DNA of 42,881 nt from Bacteroidales bacterium (GTDB lineage: Bacteria; Bacteroidota; Bacteroidia; Bacteroidales; GCA-2748055), in the NCBI GenBank assembly GCA_018400695.1, contig JAGYMF010000003.1:1-42881 (forward strand), in the 5' to 3' direction. The notes below the pieces were generated by a model. That model was not told where the DNA came from and did not search any database. It saw only the letters and a list, made by a program, of their open reading frames with translations. A program made the position numbers and the translations under genes. How positions within the stretch are numbered: position 1 is the stretch's first letter; the number at the start of each line of letters is the position of its first letter. Below are positions 28,531 through 37,910 of the stretch, one piece after another.

Positions 28531-29994
28531 TTATTCTTCCCTTCTTTCGAAAGCGCCCAGGTCGGGTGCGTCATCGGCCAGCCGGCTGTCTCCCTTTTTA
28601 TCGAAGGGGTGCTCGATGGCATATTCCAGTTTGCCGGCATCGATGGCGGGTGACAGTGAATCGGGTTCATAGCTCACCCTGAGCGAATCGAACAGGGGGG
28701 TATTGTCGTTGGTGAGGATGCGCACGAAATTGGGATCGAGCGTGTAATCGTACTCCTCCCGGTCGAGCCGTGCCAGCACATGGTCGAAGGTGTAGTTCAG
28801 CAGTCCGCCCTCCGCCCGGCTTACCACGATCTCATTGCTCTGCGATCCGTGGATAATGCAGTTGGTGAAGGTCGCCTCCTCAATATCGCGTGGCTGAATG
28901 ATGACCTCTCCGTTGTCATCTTTATAGGCAAAATAGTTGGCGATCATCAATGCCGGGGCAGTTCGGTTGGAAAAGCCTGAACGCCAGTAGTTGGCGAAGG
29001 TGCAGTGGTTGAAGGAGTAGCTGCCCTCGTACAGCAGCTCCACACAGCTGTTGCCGCAGTCGCCCACCACGGTGTTGTGGGCTTTGATGGTTGTGCCGCG
29101 TCCGAGGATTCCGTCGTAACTCATCCTGTTGATCTCTGTATTGCTGATGGTCAGCACCGGCTGGTCGTACCGCACCACCGAATCGGCCCACAGACCGAAG
29201 GTGCCGTTGAGGATCCGGGCATGGTCGATCACGTTGCTGTGGCTTCCCGGTGCAAAATAGATTCCGTACCACTGTCCCGGATAGCCCGGATCGTCCTGGT
29301 ACTCTCTCTCCAGGCGGTCGCCCTGCACGGTGACCGGGTTTTCGACGGTGCCGTTCACCTTCAGCGATCCGAGTACAAAGATCCCGGCATCGCGGTGCAT
29401 ATAGATCTGTACCCCCTCTTCGATAACCAGCTCCTGGAGTGTATCCACGAGGATACCATCGATGATAAGGTAAGGCTTGTCGGCGGTCCACGTGGTGGAG
29501 TAGTCCAGCACGCTGTCGCGCAGCAGGTGCACATCCTGTCCCCATGCCACCAGGTCAACATCCTGCAGCTTGCCGTTCACCGAGAAGGTGATGGAGTCCT
29601 GTATGCGGAGGATATCCGGCATTCCGTTGGGATCGAGTGTTGCCTCGACAAAAATGTACATACTGTCCTTCGGTGCAATTTCGTAGTTTTCAAATGTTGT
29701 TCCGGGCTGGCCGTCCACATTGACCCTGAATACCGATTGGCTGCCACCGGCAAGGCGGATGTCGTCGATCTTGATGAAACGGGCGTGTGGGTTGTGGACC
29801 TTGAACGATTTGGTTGTGGTGCCGATGGTGGTGAAAATGGTATCGAAATAGACCGTATCCATGCTGAACTGCAGCAGCGCGTCCTCATCGTCTGCGTAGA
29901 AACGGTCGGGACGACAGTGGTACAATGAGGCTGTAACAGCCAAAAGGGACAACAGGATGATTGCTTTTTTCACGCCTTCAGGTCTTCGGTTCAT
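28531..29994 (-). CDS. Lipoprotein with Ig-like and right-handed beta-helix regions (choice-of-anchor Q-like C-terminus)
   Basis: Lipobox-like SLYH-C; FSMDTVYFDTIFT conserved Bacteroidota N-terminus; GSLKVNGT..GQWYGIYF; SPAIDAG..PDLGAFE. Confidence 0.75.
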   Translation of the reverse strand: MNRRPEGVKKAIILLSLLAVTASLYHCRPDRFYADDEDALLQFSMDTVYFDTIFTTIGTTTKSFKVHNPHARFIKIDDIRLAGGSQSVFRVNVDGQPGTTFENYEIAPKDSMYIFVEATLDPNGMPDILRIQDSITFSVNGKLQDVDLVAWGQDVHLLRDSVLDYSTTWTADKPYLIIDGILVDTLQELVIEEGVQIYMHRDAGIFVLGSLKVNGTVENPVTVQGDRLEREYQDDPGYPGQWYGIYFAPGSHSNVIDHARILNGTFGLWADSVVRYDQPVLTISNTEINRMSYDGILGRGTTIKAHNTVVGDCGNSCVELLYEGSYSFNHCTFANYWRSGFSNRTAPALMIANYFAYKDDNGEVIIQPRDIEEATFTNCIIHGSQSNEIVVSRAEGGLLNYTFDHVLARLDREEYDYTLDPNFVRILTNDNTPLFDSLRVSYEPDSLSPAIDAGKLEYAIEHPFDKKGDSRLADDAPDLGAFERREE

Positions 29995-30033
29995 ATTCTT
30001 AACGCAAAGATGGGAAAAAAAGTATCTTTTTTT

Positions 30034-30217
30034 GAGTTGAGAGTTTAGAGAGTTGAGAGTTTAGAGAGTTGAGAGTTGAGAGTTGAGAGTTTAGAGCGTT
30101 TATGCGTTGAACCTTCTCTCAACTTTCAACTTTCAACTCTCAACTCAACTTTCAACTCTCAACTTAACTTTCAACTTTAACTTTCAACTCTCAACTCTCA
30201 ACTCAACTTTCAACTCT
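30034..30217. repeat. Inverted pair of AACTCTC-family short tandem repeat arrays
   Basis: 30034-30110 (GAGAGTT/TAGAGAGTT)n followed by 30116-30217 (AACTTTC/AACTCTC/AACTC)n; same unit family as 15779-15976. Confidence 0.93.
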
Positions 30218-30277
30218 TGAGGGTTTAGGGGAGGATGGTTTTTTATTTTACGGGATCATTTGTATCTTTACAGCGTA

Positions 30278-30360
30278 ATTTCACTAAGGGGGTGCCTTAA
30301 AGTACAGGCTGAGATCATACCCTTAGCACCTGATCCGGGTAATGCCGGCGGAAGGGAATT
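30278..30360 (+). ncRNA. TPP (thiamine pyrophosphate) riboswitch
   Basis: ctaaGGGGGTGCC..GGCTGAGA-tc-ATACCCtta-gc-ACCTGATCcGGgTAATGCCgGCG-gaAGGGAa matches the THI-box consensus; upstream of a TBDT. Confidence 0.95.
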
Positions 30361-30393
30361 GCACACATGATGTGAATTATAAATCTTAATGTT

Positions 30394-32817
30394 ATGAAAA
30401 AGCAGGTTTTTTACGGACTTGTGCTTTTGCTTGCTGCTATGCAGTCAAATGCACAATTTGTGTTACGTGGGGTTGTGCAGGACCCACAAGGGAACGCACT
30501 GGAAGGTGCAAGTGTCTTAATCGAAGCGATAAACAGGGGTACCATTACCGGTCGGGATGGGTCTTTCGTCCTGGAAGATTTGTCGGCCGGCAGCAAAACG
30601 ATCTCCATTTCCTTTGTCGGATTTGAGACGACGGAGAAGGAGGTGCAGATTGTTGGGGATACCGACCTGGGAGCCATCACGCTCAGTCAGCACTCCTTCA
30701 GGGGAGAGGAGGTAACGATCAGTGCACTGCGGGCGGAACAGAAAACGCCGATGGCGTATGTTGACCTGGCGCGTGACCAGATCAGTGAGAAAAATTTCGG
30801 GCAGGATATCCCATATATCGTCGGAATGACACCATCGGTGATTACCACGTCAGATGCGGGACATGGTATAGGGTATACCGCGATGCGGATCAGGGGGACC
30901 GATGCCAACAGGATCAATGTGACCATCAATGGTGTACCACTCAATGATGCAGAGTCACACAGTGTCTTCTGGGTGGACCTTCCCGATCTGGCCACCTCGA
31001 CAGAGCAGATACAGATCCAGCGGGGGGTGGGGACCTCCACGAACGGGGCGGCTGCTTTCGGGGGGACAGTGAATATGCAGACCACCCTGCTGGAGAAGGA
31101 TCCATATGCAGCATACGGACTTACCATGGGCTCCTTTAATACGTTAAAAAATTCGGTTTCCGTGGGAACAGGGCTGATCAATAACCGTTTTGCAGTGGAC
31201 TTCCGCTTGTCGGATCTGCGGTCGGACGGCTATATTGACAGGGCGTGGACCGACCTGCAATCATACTACCTCTCGGCAGGCTGGTTTGCAGAAAGTGCCA
31301 GTCTGAAATTCATCACCTTCGGCGGTTTTGAGGAGTTGTACCAGTCGTGGGGAGGGGTTCCTTCCTCCATGCTGGTTTCCGACCGGACCTATAACGGGAT
31401 GGGTGCCTATACCGATAGCACGGGACAGACCGCCTACTACGACAATCAGGTGGATCATTACGACCAGGTGCATTACCAGCTACACTTTTCAAATGCGTTC
31501 AGCAGGAGGCTGCACATGAATGCCGCCCTCCATTATACCAGGGGGAACGGGTATTATGAGCAGTATGAAGTGGGGCAGGATGTTGCTTTTTATAGTATGA
31601 CACCGCCGGTGGTTGGCAGTGATACGGTTTATACCACTGACCTGGTGCGGAGGAAATGGCTCGACAATGATTTTTATGGTGCCATTGCCTCGGTCAATTA
31701 TGAAGGCGAAAACAGCAGTCTGATGATCGGCGGCGGATGGAACCGCTACGACGGACTGCATTACGGGAAGGTGATCTGGGCCGGGTTTGCCGGCAACAAC
31801 CTTCCGGGACACCAGTGGTATGAGGGAATAGGTATAAAGTCAGACTGGAATGTGTATGGCAAGTACTATGTTGATCTGAGCCAGGGGCTTACTGCCTTTG
31901 CAGATCTTCAGCTGCGGGGGATCCGACATGATATTGACGGAACCGATGCCAACAACAGGGATGTTACCGGGGAGCATGATTTTCTCTTTTTCAATCCCAA
32001 AGCTGGCTTGAGCTATCTGCCTGGTGAGGGACAGCGTGCCTTTATCTCCATTGCCAGGGCCAGCCGGGAGCCCAACAGGAATAATTTTACCGATGCGCCG
32101 CCGGAAAAACCCCCGGTACATGAGACACTCAATGATTTTGAGGCAGGGTATTCCTTCAGGAACAACATTTTTCAGGGGGGGGTGACACTCTATTTCATGG
32201 ATTATGATGACCAGCTTGTGCTGACAGGTCAGATCAATGAGGTGGGATATCCTGTGATGACCAATGTGGCGGAAAGCTACAGGGCAGGGGTTGAGCTGGA
32301 GGCTGGATTCAATTTCCTGGATAAGATCACCTGGCACGGTAACCTTGCGTTGAGCCGAAATGAGATCCGGGATTTTGTAAACTATGTTGATAACTGGGAC
32401 TATTGGTCAGATCCGGAATCTGAACCTTACCAGGTGGAAGAGGAGATCGGGAATTCCACCCTCGCATTCTCTCCCTCCGTTGTTACCGCCAGTCAGCTGG
32501 AATATTCCCTGCTGGACCATATGAAGTTCAGCCTATTATCGAAATATGTCGGCCGTCAGTTTATCGATAACACCTCGACCCCGGAGTATTCGATCGATCC
32601 CTATTTTGTGAATGACCTGAAGGCCTCGTATACCATCGAACCTGACTGGGCAGGCATGGTAAAGGTGAGCATCATGGTTTCCAATGTACTGAATACGCAG
32701 TATGAAACGAATGCCTGGTTATACCGTTACTACACGGGTGGCGAAGAGCTTTTCATGGACGGGTATTACCCACAGGCAGGCAGGCATGTTTTGGTTGCAC
32801 TGAATGTTAAGTTTTGA
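30394..32817 (+). CDS. TonB-dependent receptor, probably thiamine uptake
   Basis: Signal peptide; CarboxypepD_reg-like N domain; plug RIRGTDANRINVTINGVPLND; C-terminal F; TPP riboswitch upstream. Confidence 0.9.
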   Translation: MKKQVFYGLVLLLAAMQSNAQFVLRGVVQDPQGNALEGASVLIEAINRGTITGRDGSFVLEDLSAGSKTISISFVGFETTEKEVQIVGDTDLGAITLSQHSFRGEEVTISALRAEQKTPMAYVDLARDQISEKNFGQDIPYIVGMTPSVITTSDAGHGIGYTAMRIRGTDANRINVTINGVPLNDAESHSVFWVDLPDLATSTEQIQIQRGVGTSTNGAAAFGGTVNMQTTLLEKDPYAAYGLTMGSFNTLKNSVSVGTGLINNRFAVDFRLSDLRSDGYIDRAWTDLQSYYLSAGWFAESASLKFITFGGFEELYQSWGGVPSSMLVSDRTYNGMGAYTDSTGQTAYYDNQVDHYDQVHYQLHFSNAFSRRLHMNAALHYTRGNGYYEQYEVGQDVAFYSMTPPVVGSDTVYTTDLVRRKWLDNDFYGAIASVNYEGENSSLMIGGGWNRYDGLHYGKVIWAGFAGNNLPGHQWYEGIGIKSDWNVYGKYYVDLSQGLTAFADLQLRGIRHDIDGTDANNRDVTGEHDFLFFNPKAGLSYLPGEGQRAFISIARASREPNRNNFTDAPPEKPPVHETLNDFEAGYSFRNNIFQGGVTLYFMDYDDQLVLTGQINEVGYPVMTNVAESYRAGVELEAGFNFLDKITWHGNLALSRNEIRDFVNYVDNWDYWSDPESEPYQVEEEIGNSTLAFSPSVVTASQLEYSLLDHMKFSLLSKYVGRQFIDNTSTPEYSIDPYFVNDLKASYTIEPDWAGMVKVSIMVSNVLNTQYETNAWLYRYYTGGEELFMDGYYPQAGRHVLVALNVKF

Positions 32818-32893
32818 TAAAATACGATCGGAAATATTTAAAAACGTTAAAAAATTGCTAATTTTCGTCCGGAATACCCTTTCTCTGTAATTC

Positions 32894-35800
32894 ATGACCG
32901 GACTGAAGCTGGATATCTGTTTTTGGTATGTCGATGACGAACTGATCGAAGAGATCGTTGGCATCCTGCGTAAAGGAAATTATGCCCCTGAGTATATTCG
33001 GTGCCGGAAAGCCAGTGAGCTGGAGAGTTGTGTGCAGAATGATGCTCCTGACCTGATCATTGCCGATTTTGACCTGCCGGAGATATTGCGGAACACCATT
33101 GAAAGCGTGCACAGCAAAATCGCTTTTCATGTGCCACTGATCTACCTGGTAGGTGAGAAGAATGAGGAGAAGGCTGCTGAGACACTGAAGCGGGGCGTAT
33201 GGGATTACCTCGTAAAGGACCATTTTATCAAGCTGATACCAACGGTTTATTCTTCTCAGAAGTTTGGTAAGGTAGTGAGGCAGAGCAGGAAGGTGAGGAG
33301 CGCACTCGAGAAGTCACGCGGGCAGTTCAGGAACCTGGCTGAAAATTCTCCTGATCTGATTGTTCGTCTTGACAGGGAGGTCAGGTGTCTGCTTGTTAAC
33401 CAAAGCGTTGCAGATTATACCGGCATCCCTGTGGAGGAGTTTATAGGGCGCAGGCCTTCTGAGCTGGGAATTTTGCCTGCCGAACCATTCCTGCACCTTG
33501 AAAGCACGACTGAAGCCGTTGTCGCATCCGGAAAGCGGCGCACCATTGAACTGATGTTTACGGGCAATTCGGAAAAACTGATACTTGAGTGGAGGATTTT
33601 TCCTGAGTTCGATGAACACAAACAGTTCCAGTCCGTTCTGGCAATAGGCAGGGATATCACCGAATCGAAATTTGCCACTGAGGCGATTCGTAACAGCGAA
33701 GAGCGCCTGCAGCTGGCCGTTGAGGCAACCAGCCTGGGTTACTGGGACTGGAACCTGGAGGCGAATAAGGTATTTTTCTCTCCCATCTATTTTTATATGC
33801 TGGGCTACAGCCTGGGAGAACTTCCCCAGGAGTTGGAGACCTGGCACGGTCTGCTGCATGAGGATGACAGGGAACCTGCCATTGCACTCGTGGATCGGTT
33901 TCTCAAGAGCGGTGAGAAATCTTTTGAGACGGAATTCAGGCTTCGGTGCAAGGAGGGCAGGTTTATCTGGGTCTGCAGCAGGGGACGGATTGTTGAACGC
34001 AATGCGGATGGTACGGTAAGACGGCTCATTGGTACACATGAAAATATTTCGGGAAGGAAAAGGAATGAGCAGATCCAGGCGACCCTTTTCAATATCTCCA
34101 ATGCGGTGAATACAACACTCAACATTGAGGAGCTGTATGAGAATATCCGGGAGCACCTCGGGAAGATCATTGATACTACGAACTGTTTTCTTGCCCTCTA
34201 TAACGAGAAGACAGGGATGCTGACCCTGCCCTTTCACAGGGATGAAAAAGACTCTTTCTCTGAGTTTCCGACAGGGAAGACCCTTACAGGGTATGTGATC
34301 AGTACAGGAAAAACCCAACTGGTGGATGCTGAAAGGGAGCGGGAGCTTACGGAGGAGGGACATATCGAACTGGTCGGCACCCCATGTGTCAGCTGGCTGG
34401 GCGTACCGCTAAAGACCAACAACAGGATACTGGGTGTGTTTGTGGTCCAGTCTTATCGGGAAGATGTAGTATATACCAGGGAGGATGTAAACATTCTTGA
34501 ATTTGTAAGCGACCAGATCGCACTGGCGATCAAGCGAAAGCATGACCAGGAAAATATCATTGAGAACCAGGAAAAGCAACGCAGGATCTTTGAATCTTCG
34601 CCCGATCCGATCCTCGTGGTTAACAGCGAGCGGAAGGTGATCGACTATAATACAAGTCTGCTTGCTGCAGTGAACATTACCAATGAACCTGTGATGGGAC
34701 GGAATGTTCTGCTTTTTGTTGCAAAGGAGGATTGGCGGAAGGCGATCCGCGACTTCAGGCTGACCTGGGACCTGGGGTACATGAAGAACCTGGAATATAC
34801 GTTATGTAAGGCAGACGGCACCACTTTCAAGGCGGAGGTGTCTACCGGGGCGATCTACAATAATATGAGGGAGCCTGAATCGATGGTGATCATTTTCAAG
34901 GATATTACCGCACGTAAAGAGGCAGAAGAGCATCTGCGTGAGGCCAAAGAGCGGGCTGAGGAATCTGACAGGCTGAAAACAGCGTTTCTCTCGAATATGT
35001 CGCATGAGATCAGGACGCCGATGAATGCGATCGTGGGTTTCTCAGACCTGCTGAACGATCCCGAACTCGCCCCACAGGAAAGGGCGGAGTTCATTGCCCA
35101 GATCAACCTTGGTGCAGACAACCTGATGCACCTGATCGATGATATTATCGATATCTCCAAGATTGAGGCCGGACAGGTGAAGATCATCAGGAAGAATTTC
35201 TCTATCCATAAGCTGATTAATGAGCAGTTGGTGCTTTTCAAACAGAACCTGGAACGGATCGATAAGTCACATATCGATCTCAGGATGAATTGGAAATGGC
35301 CCTCAGAAACACTCGTGCTGTACAGCGATCATTTTCGTCTGAAGCAGATTATATCAAACCTCCTGAATAACGCCATTAAGTTTACGGATGAGGGGTATAT
35401 CGAGTTGGGGATTGAGAAGGTGGATGGTATGATGAGGGTCTATGTAAAAGATACAGGCATTGGGATCAGCCCGGCAAACCTGGAGATTATTTTCGACAGG
35501 TTCAGACAGGGTCACCAGTCAAAGACCAAGCTTTATGGTGGTACGGGTTTGGGATTGGCGATATCAAGGAACCTGGCCGGATTGCTGGGAGGTGCTATCA
35601 GTGTTGTTTCAGAAGAAGGCAGGGGCTCTGAATTCTCGCTGACCCTTCCGTTGGATGAAGTGCAGGATACTTTACCGGAAGAGATTGTGAAGATGGATAT
35701 GCACCATGTAAACTGGAAGGAAAAAACGATCCTGGTTGCTGAGGATGACGAATCGAATTACCAACTCTTAAAACAGGCGCTGAAAAGTACCGGGGTAAAG

Positions 35801-36082
35801 TTGATCAGGGCAGCTAACGGAAATGAGACCATACGGCTGTTCGAACAACATGCTGGTGCGCTGGATCTTGTATTGATGGATATCCGGATGCCTGACCTGG
35901 ATGGCTATGCCTGTACCAGGAGGATCAAGGCCAAAATGCCGCAGATGCCGGTCATTGCCCAGACTGCATATGCCATGGCAGGGGAGAGAGAGGTTAGCAA
36001 GGAGGTGGGATGCGATGATTATATCAGCAAACCCATCGATATAAAGATGCTGATTGAGAAGCTGGCATATTACCTAAAATGA
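32894..36082 (+). CDS. Cytoplasmic hybrid histidine kinase (REC-PAS-PAS-GAF-PAS-HisKA-HATPase-REC)
   Basis: FLSNMSHEIRTPMNAI H box; NLLNNAIKFT; GTGLGL; C-terminal LVLMDIRMP..YISKP; PAS-closing DITE/DITA; no TM. Confidence 0.93.
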   Translation: MTGLKLDICFWYVDDELIEEIVGILRKGNYAPEYIRCRKASELESCVQNDAPDLIIADFDLPEILRNTIESVHSKIAFHVPLIYLVGEKNEEKAAETLKRGVWDYLVKDHFIKLIPTVYSSQKFGKVVRQSRKVRSALEKSRGQFRNLAENSPDLIVRLDREVRCLLVNQSVADYTGIPVEEFIGRRPSELGILPAEPFLHLESTTEAVVASGKRRTIELMFTGNSEKLILEWRIFPEFDEHKQFQSVLAIGRDITESKFATEAIRNSEERLQLAVEATSLGYWDWNLEANKVFFSPIYFYMLGYSLGELPQELETWHGLLHEDDREPAIALVDRFLKSGEKSFETEFRLRCKEGRFIWVCSRGRIVERNADGTVRRLIGTHENISGRKRNEQIQATLFNISNAVNTTLNIEELYENIREHLGKIIDTTNCFLALYNEKTGMLTLPFHRDEKDSFSEFPTGKTLTGYVISTGKTQLVDAERERELTEEGHIELVGTPCVSWLGVPLKTNNRILGVFVVQSYREDVVYTREDVNILEFVSDQIALAIKRKHDQENIIENQEKQRRIFESSPDPILVVNSERKVIDYNTSLLAAVNITNEPVMGRNVLLFVAKEDWRKAIRDFRLTWDLGYMKNLEYTLCKADGTTFKAEVSTGAIYNNMREPESMVIIFKDITARKEAEEHLREAKERAEESDRLKTAFLSNMSHEIRTPMNAIVGFSDLLNDPELAPQERAEFIAQINLGADNLMHLIDDIIDISKIEAGQVKIIRKNFSIHKLINEQLVLFKQNLERIDKSHIDLRMNWKWPSETLVLYSDHFRLKQIISNLLNNAIKFTDEGYIELGIEKVDGMMRVYVKDTGIGISPANLEIIFDRFRQGHQSKTKLYGGTGLGLAISRNLAGLLGGAISVVSEEGRGSEFSLTLPLDEVQDTLPEEIVKMDMHHVNWKEKTILVAEDDESNYQLLKQALKSTGVKLIRAANGNETIRLFEQHAGALDLVLMDIRMPDLDGYACTRRIKAKMPQMPVIAQTAYAMAGEREVSKEVGCDDYISKPIDIKMLIEKLAYYLK

Positions 36083-36086
36083 TTTT

Positions 36087-37724
36087 ATGATCGCAAGGAC
36101 GGGCATGGTGGTGGTTGGATTATGCGTTGTACTGCTGACAGAATGTTCTTCGTCCCGGGAACAGGGATCGGGAGCTGCAGTGTTCCGGTACAATGAGTCG
36201 AAGGGGATTACTTCCCTGGACCCTGCCTATGCCCGCAATCAGACCATCATCTGGCCCGTCAGCCAGATATTCAATGGCCTTGTTCAGCTCGATGACAGCC
36301 TTCAGCTTCGTCCCTGTATCGCAAAGCGCTGGTCATTGAGCAGCGATGCGCTGGAATATACCTTCAGGCTGCGAACTGATGTGCTTTTCCATCCGTCGCC
36401 CTACCTTGATGAAGCGGACCGGCTTGTTGATGCGCACGATTTTGTTTACAGCTTTGAACGCATCGCCGATCCCTCTGTAGCCTCCCCGGGCAGCTGGATA
36501 TTTGAATATACGGATCCCGATAGTGCCTTCGTGGCCATTAATGATTCAACATTATGCATCCGCCTGTCCAGGCCCTTCCCCCCCTTTCTGCCGGTCCTCG
36601 CGATGCCCTATTGCTCGGTGGTGCCTGAAGCAGTCGTGGAGCATCCGGACGCCGGGTTTGCAAGCCATCCGGTCGGTACCGGACCGTTTGTCTTTAAACT
36701 ATGGAGCGCCGACGAGAAGCTCGTCATGTTGAAGAACAGCGCCTATTTTGAAATGGACGAAGCGGGTGAGCGGTTGCCTTACCTGGATGCTGTGGCCATC
36801 ACCTTTATCAAGGACAAGCAGAGTGAGTTCCTGGAGTTCCTGAAGGGAAACCTGGATTTTCTCTCCGGCGTGCATACCGCCTATAAAGATGAGCTGCTTA
36901 CACGTTCCGGCACGCTCAATCCTGACTACAGGGATCGCTTTCTGCTTCTCACCCAACCTTACCTGAATACCGAATACCTGGGAATCCTCATGGAACCGGC
37001 CGAAGGGGAGGATGATCTGTTGTTGGATAAGCGCATCAGGCAGGCGATCAATTATGGGTTCGACCGTGAAAAGATGATGAAATACCTGCGCAACAACCTT
37101 GGTTACCCTGCCACTGCAGGTATGATTCCCCCCGGACTGCCCGGTAACCTCGCCTATGGTGAAGGGTATGGTTACCGTCCGGATCTTGCCCGTAAGCTGT
37201 TGCATGATGCAGGGTATGGTATCGGTAATCCCCTGATCATTAGTCTTACCACTACCTCAGATTACCTCGATCTCTGTGAGTTTATACAGTTCGAGCTGGG
37301 CAGGATCGGAATCGGTATTGAAATTAATGTGAGTACCGGAGGGGCCTTCCGGAACCAGGTAGCCAATGGGAACCTTCCGTTTTTCAGGGGGTCGTGGATC
37401 GCTGATTATGCCGATGCGGAAAACTACCTGGCCCTGTTCTATTCAGGCAACCATGCGCCGGATGGGCCCAACTACACCCGTTTCTCATCAGCTGCATTTG
37501 ACCGGCTGTATGAGCAGGCAACCCTGGAGAGCGATCCTGTGTTGCGGGCCGAACTTTACCGGCAGATGGACCGCATCGTGATTGATGCGGCCCCGGTTGT
37601 GCCGCTGTATTATGACAAGGTGGTACGGTTTGTTCCTCATGGAATCGCGGGTTTCCATCCCAATCCGATGAATAACCTGATCCTGAAGACAGTAAAAAAG
37701 GTTGGTTCTACTCCTCTTCTTTAA
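36087..37724 (+). CDS. ABC-type peptide/nickel substrate-binding lipoprotein (SBP family 5)
   Basis: Lipobox-like LLTE-C; SLDPA, FNGLV, YTFRLR, VGTGPF, RIRQAINYG, WIADY. Confidence 0.88.
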   Translation: MIARTGMVVVGLCVVLLTECSSSREQGSGAAVFRYNESKGITSLDPAYARNQTIIWPVSQIFNGLVQLDDSLQLRPCIAKRWSLSSDALEYTFRLRTDVLFHPSPYLDEADRLVDAHDFVYSFERIADPSVASPGSWIFEYTDPDSAFVAINDSTLCIRLSRPFPPFLPVLAMPYCSVVPEAVVEHPDAGFASHPVGTGPFVFKLWSADEKLVMLKNSAYFEMDEAGERLPYLDAVAITFIKDKQSEFLEFLKGNLDFLSGVHTAYKDELLTRSGTLNPDYRDRFLLLTQPYLNTEYLGILMEPAEGEDDLLLDKRIRQAINYGFDREKMMKYLRNNLGYPATAGMIPPGLPGNLAYGEGYGYRPDLARKLLHDAGYGIGNPLIISLTTTSDYLDLCEFIQFELGRIGIGIEINVSTGGAFRNQVANGNLPFFRGSWIADYADAENYLALFYSGNHAPDGPNYTRFSSAAFDRLYEQATLESDPVLRAELYRQMDRIVIDAAPVVPLYYDKVVRFVPHGIAGFHPNPMNNLILKTVKKVGSTPLL

Positions 37725-37905
37725 GTATTTTGCTGACCTCTGACTCGGTTTTCTGCAGTTTTTGTTTGCAGATATTGAGCAGTTCGGTTACCCGTTTAAC
37801 ATTGGCGGTCAGCTCATCCACATCCAGCGCTCCCTCTTCGATCTCCCCGAGGATCCGGTCGATCTCTTCAACGGCTGCCTTGTAGGTAATCTCCTGTTTT
37901 GCCAT
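37708..37905 (-). CDS. xseB: Exodeoxyribonuclease VII small subunit
   Basis: TYKAAVEEIDRILGEIEEGALDVDEL..CKQKL; directly downstream of xseA. Confidence 0.93.
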   Translation of the reverse strand: MAKQEITYKAAVEEIDRILGEIEEGALDVDELTANVKRVTELLNICKQKLQKTESEVSKILKEEE

Positions 37906-37910
37906 ATCGT

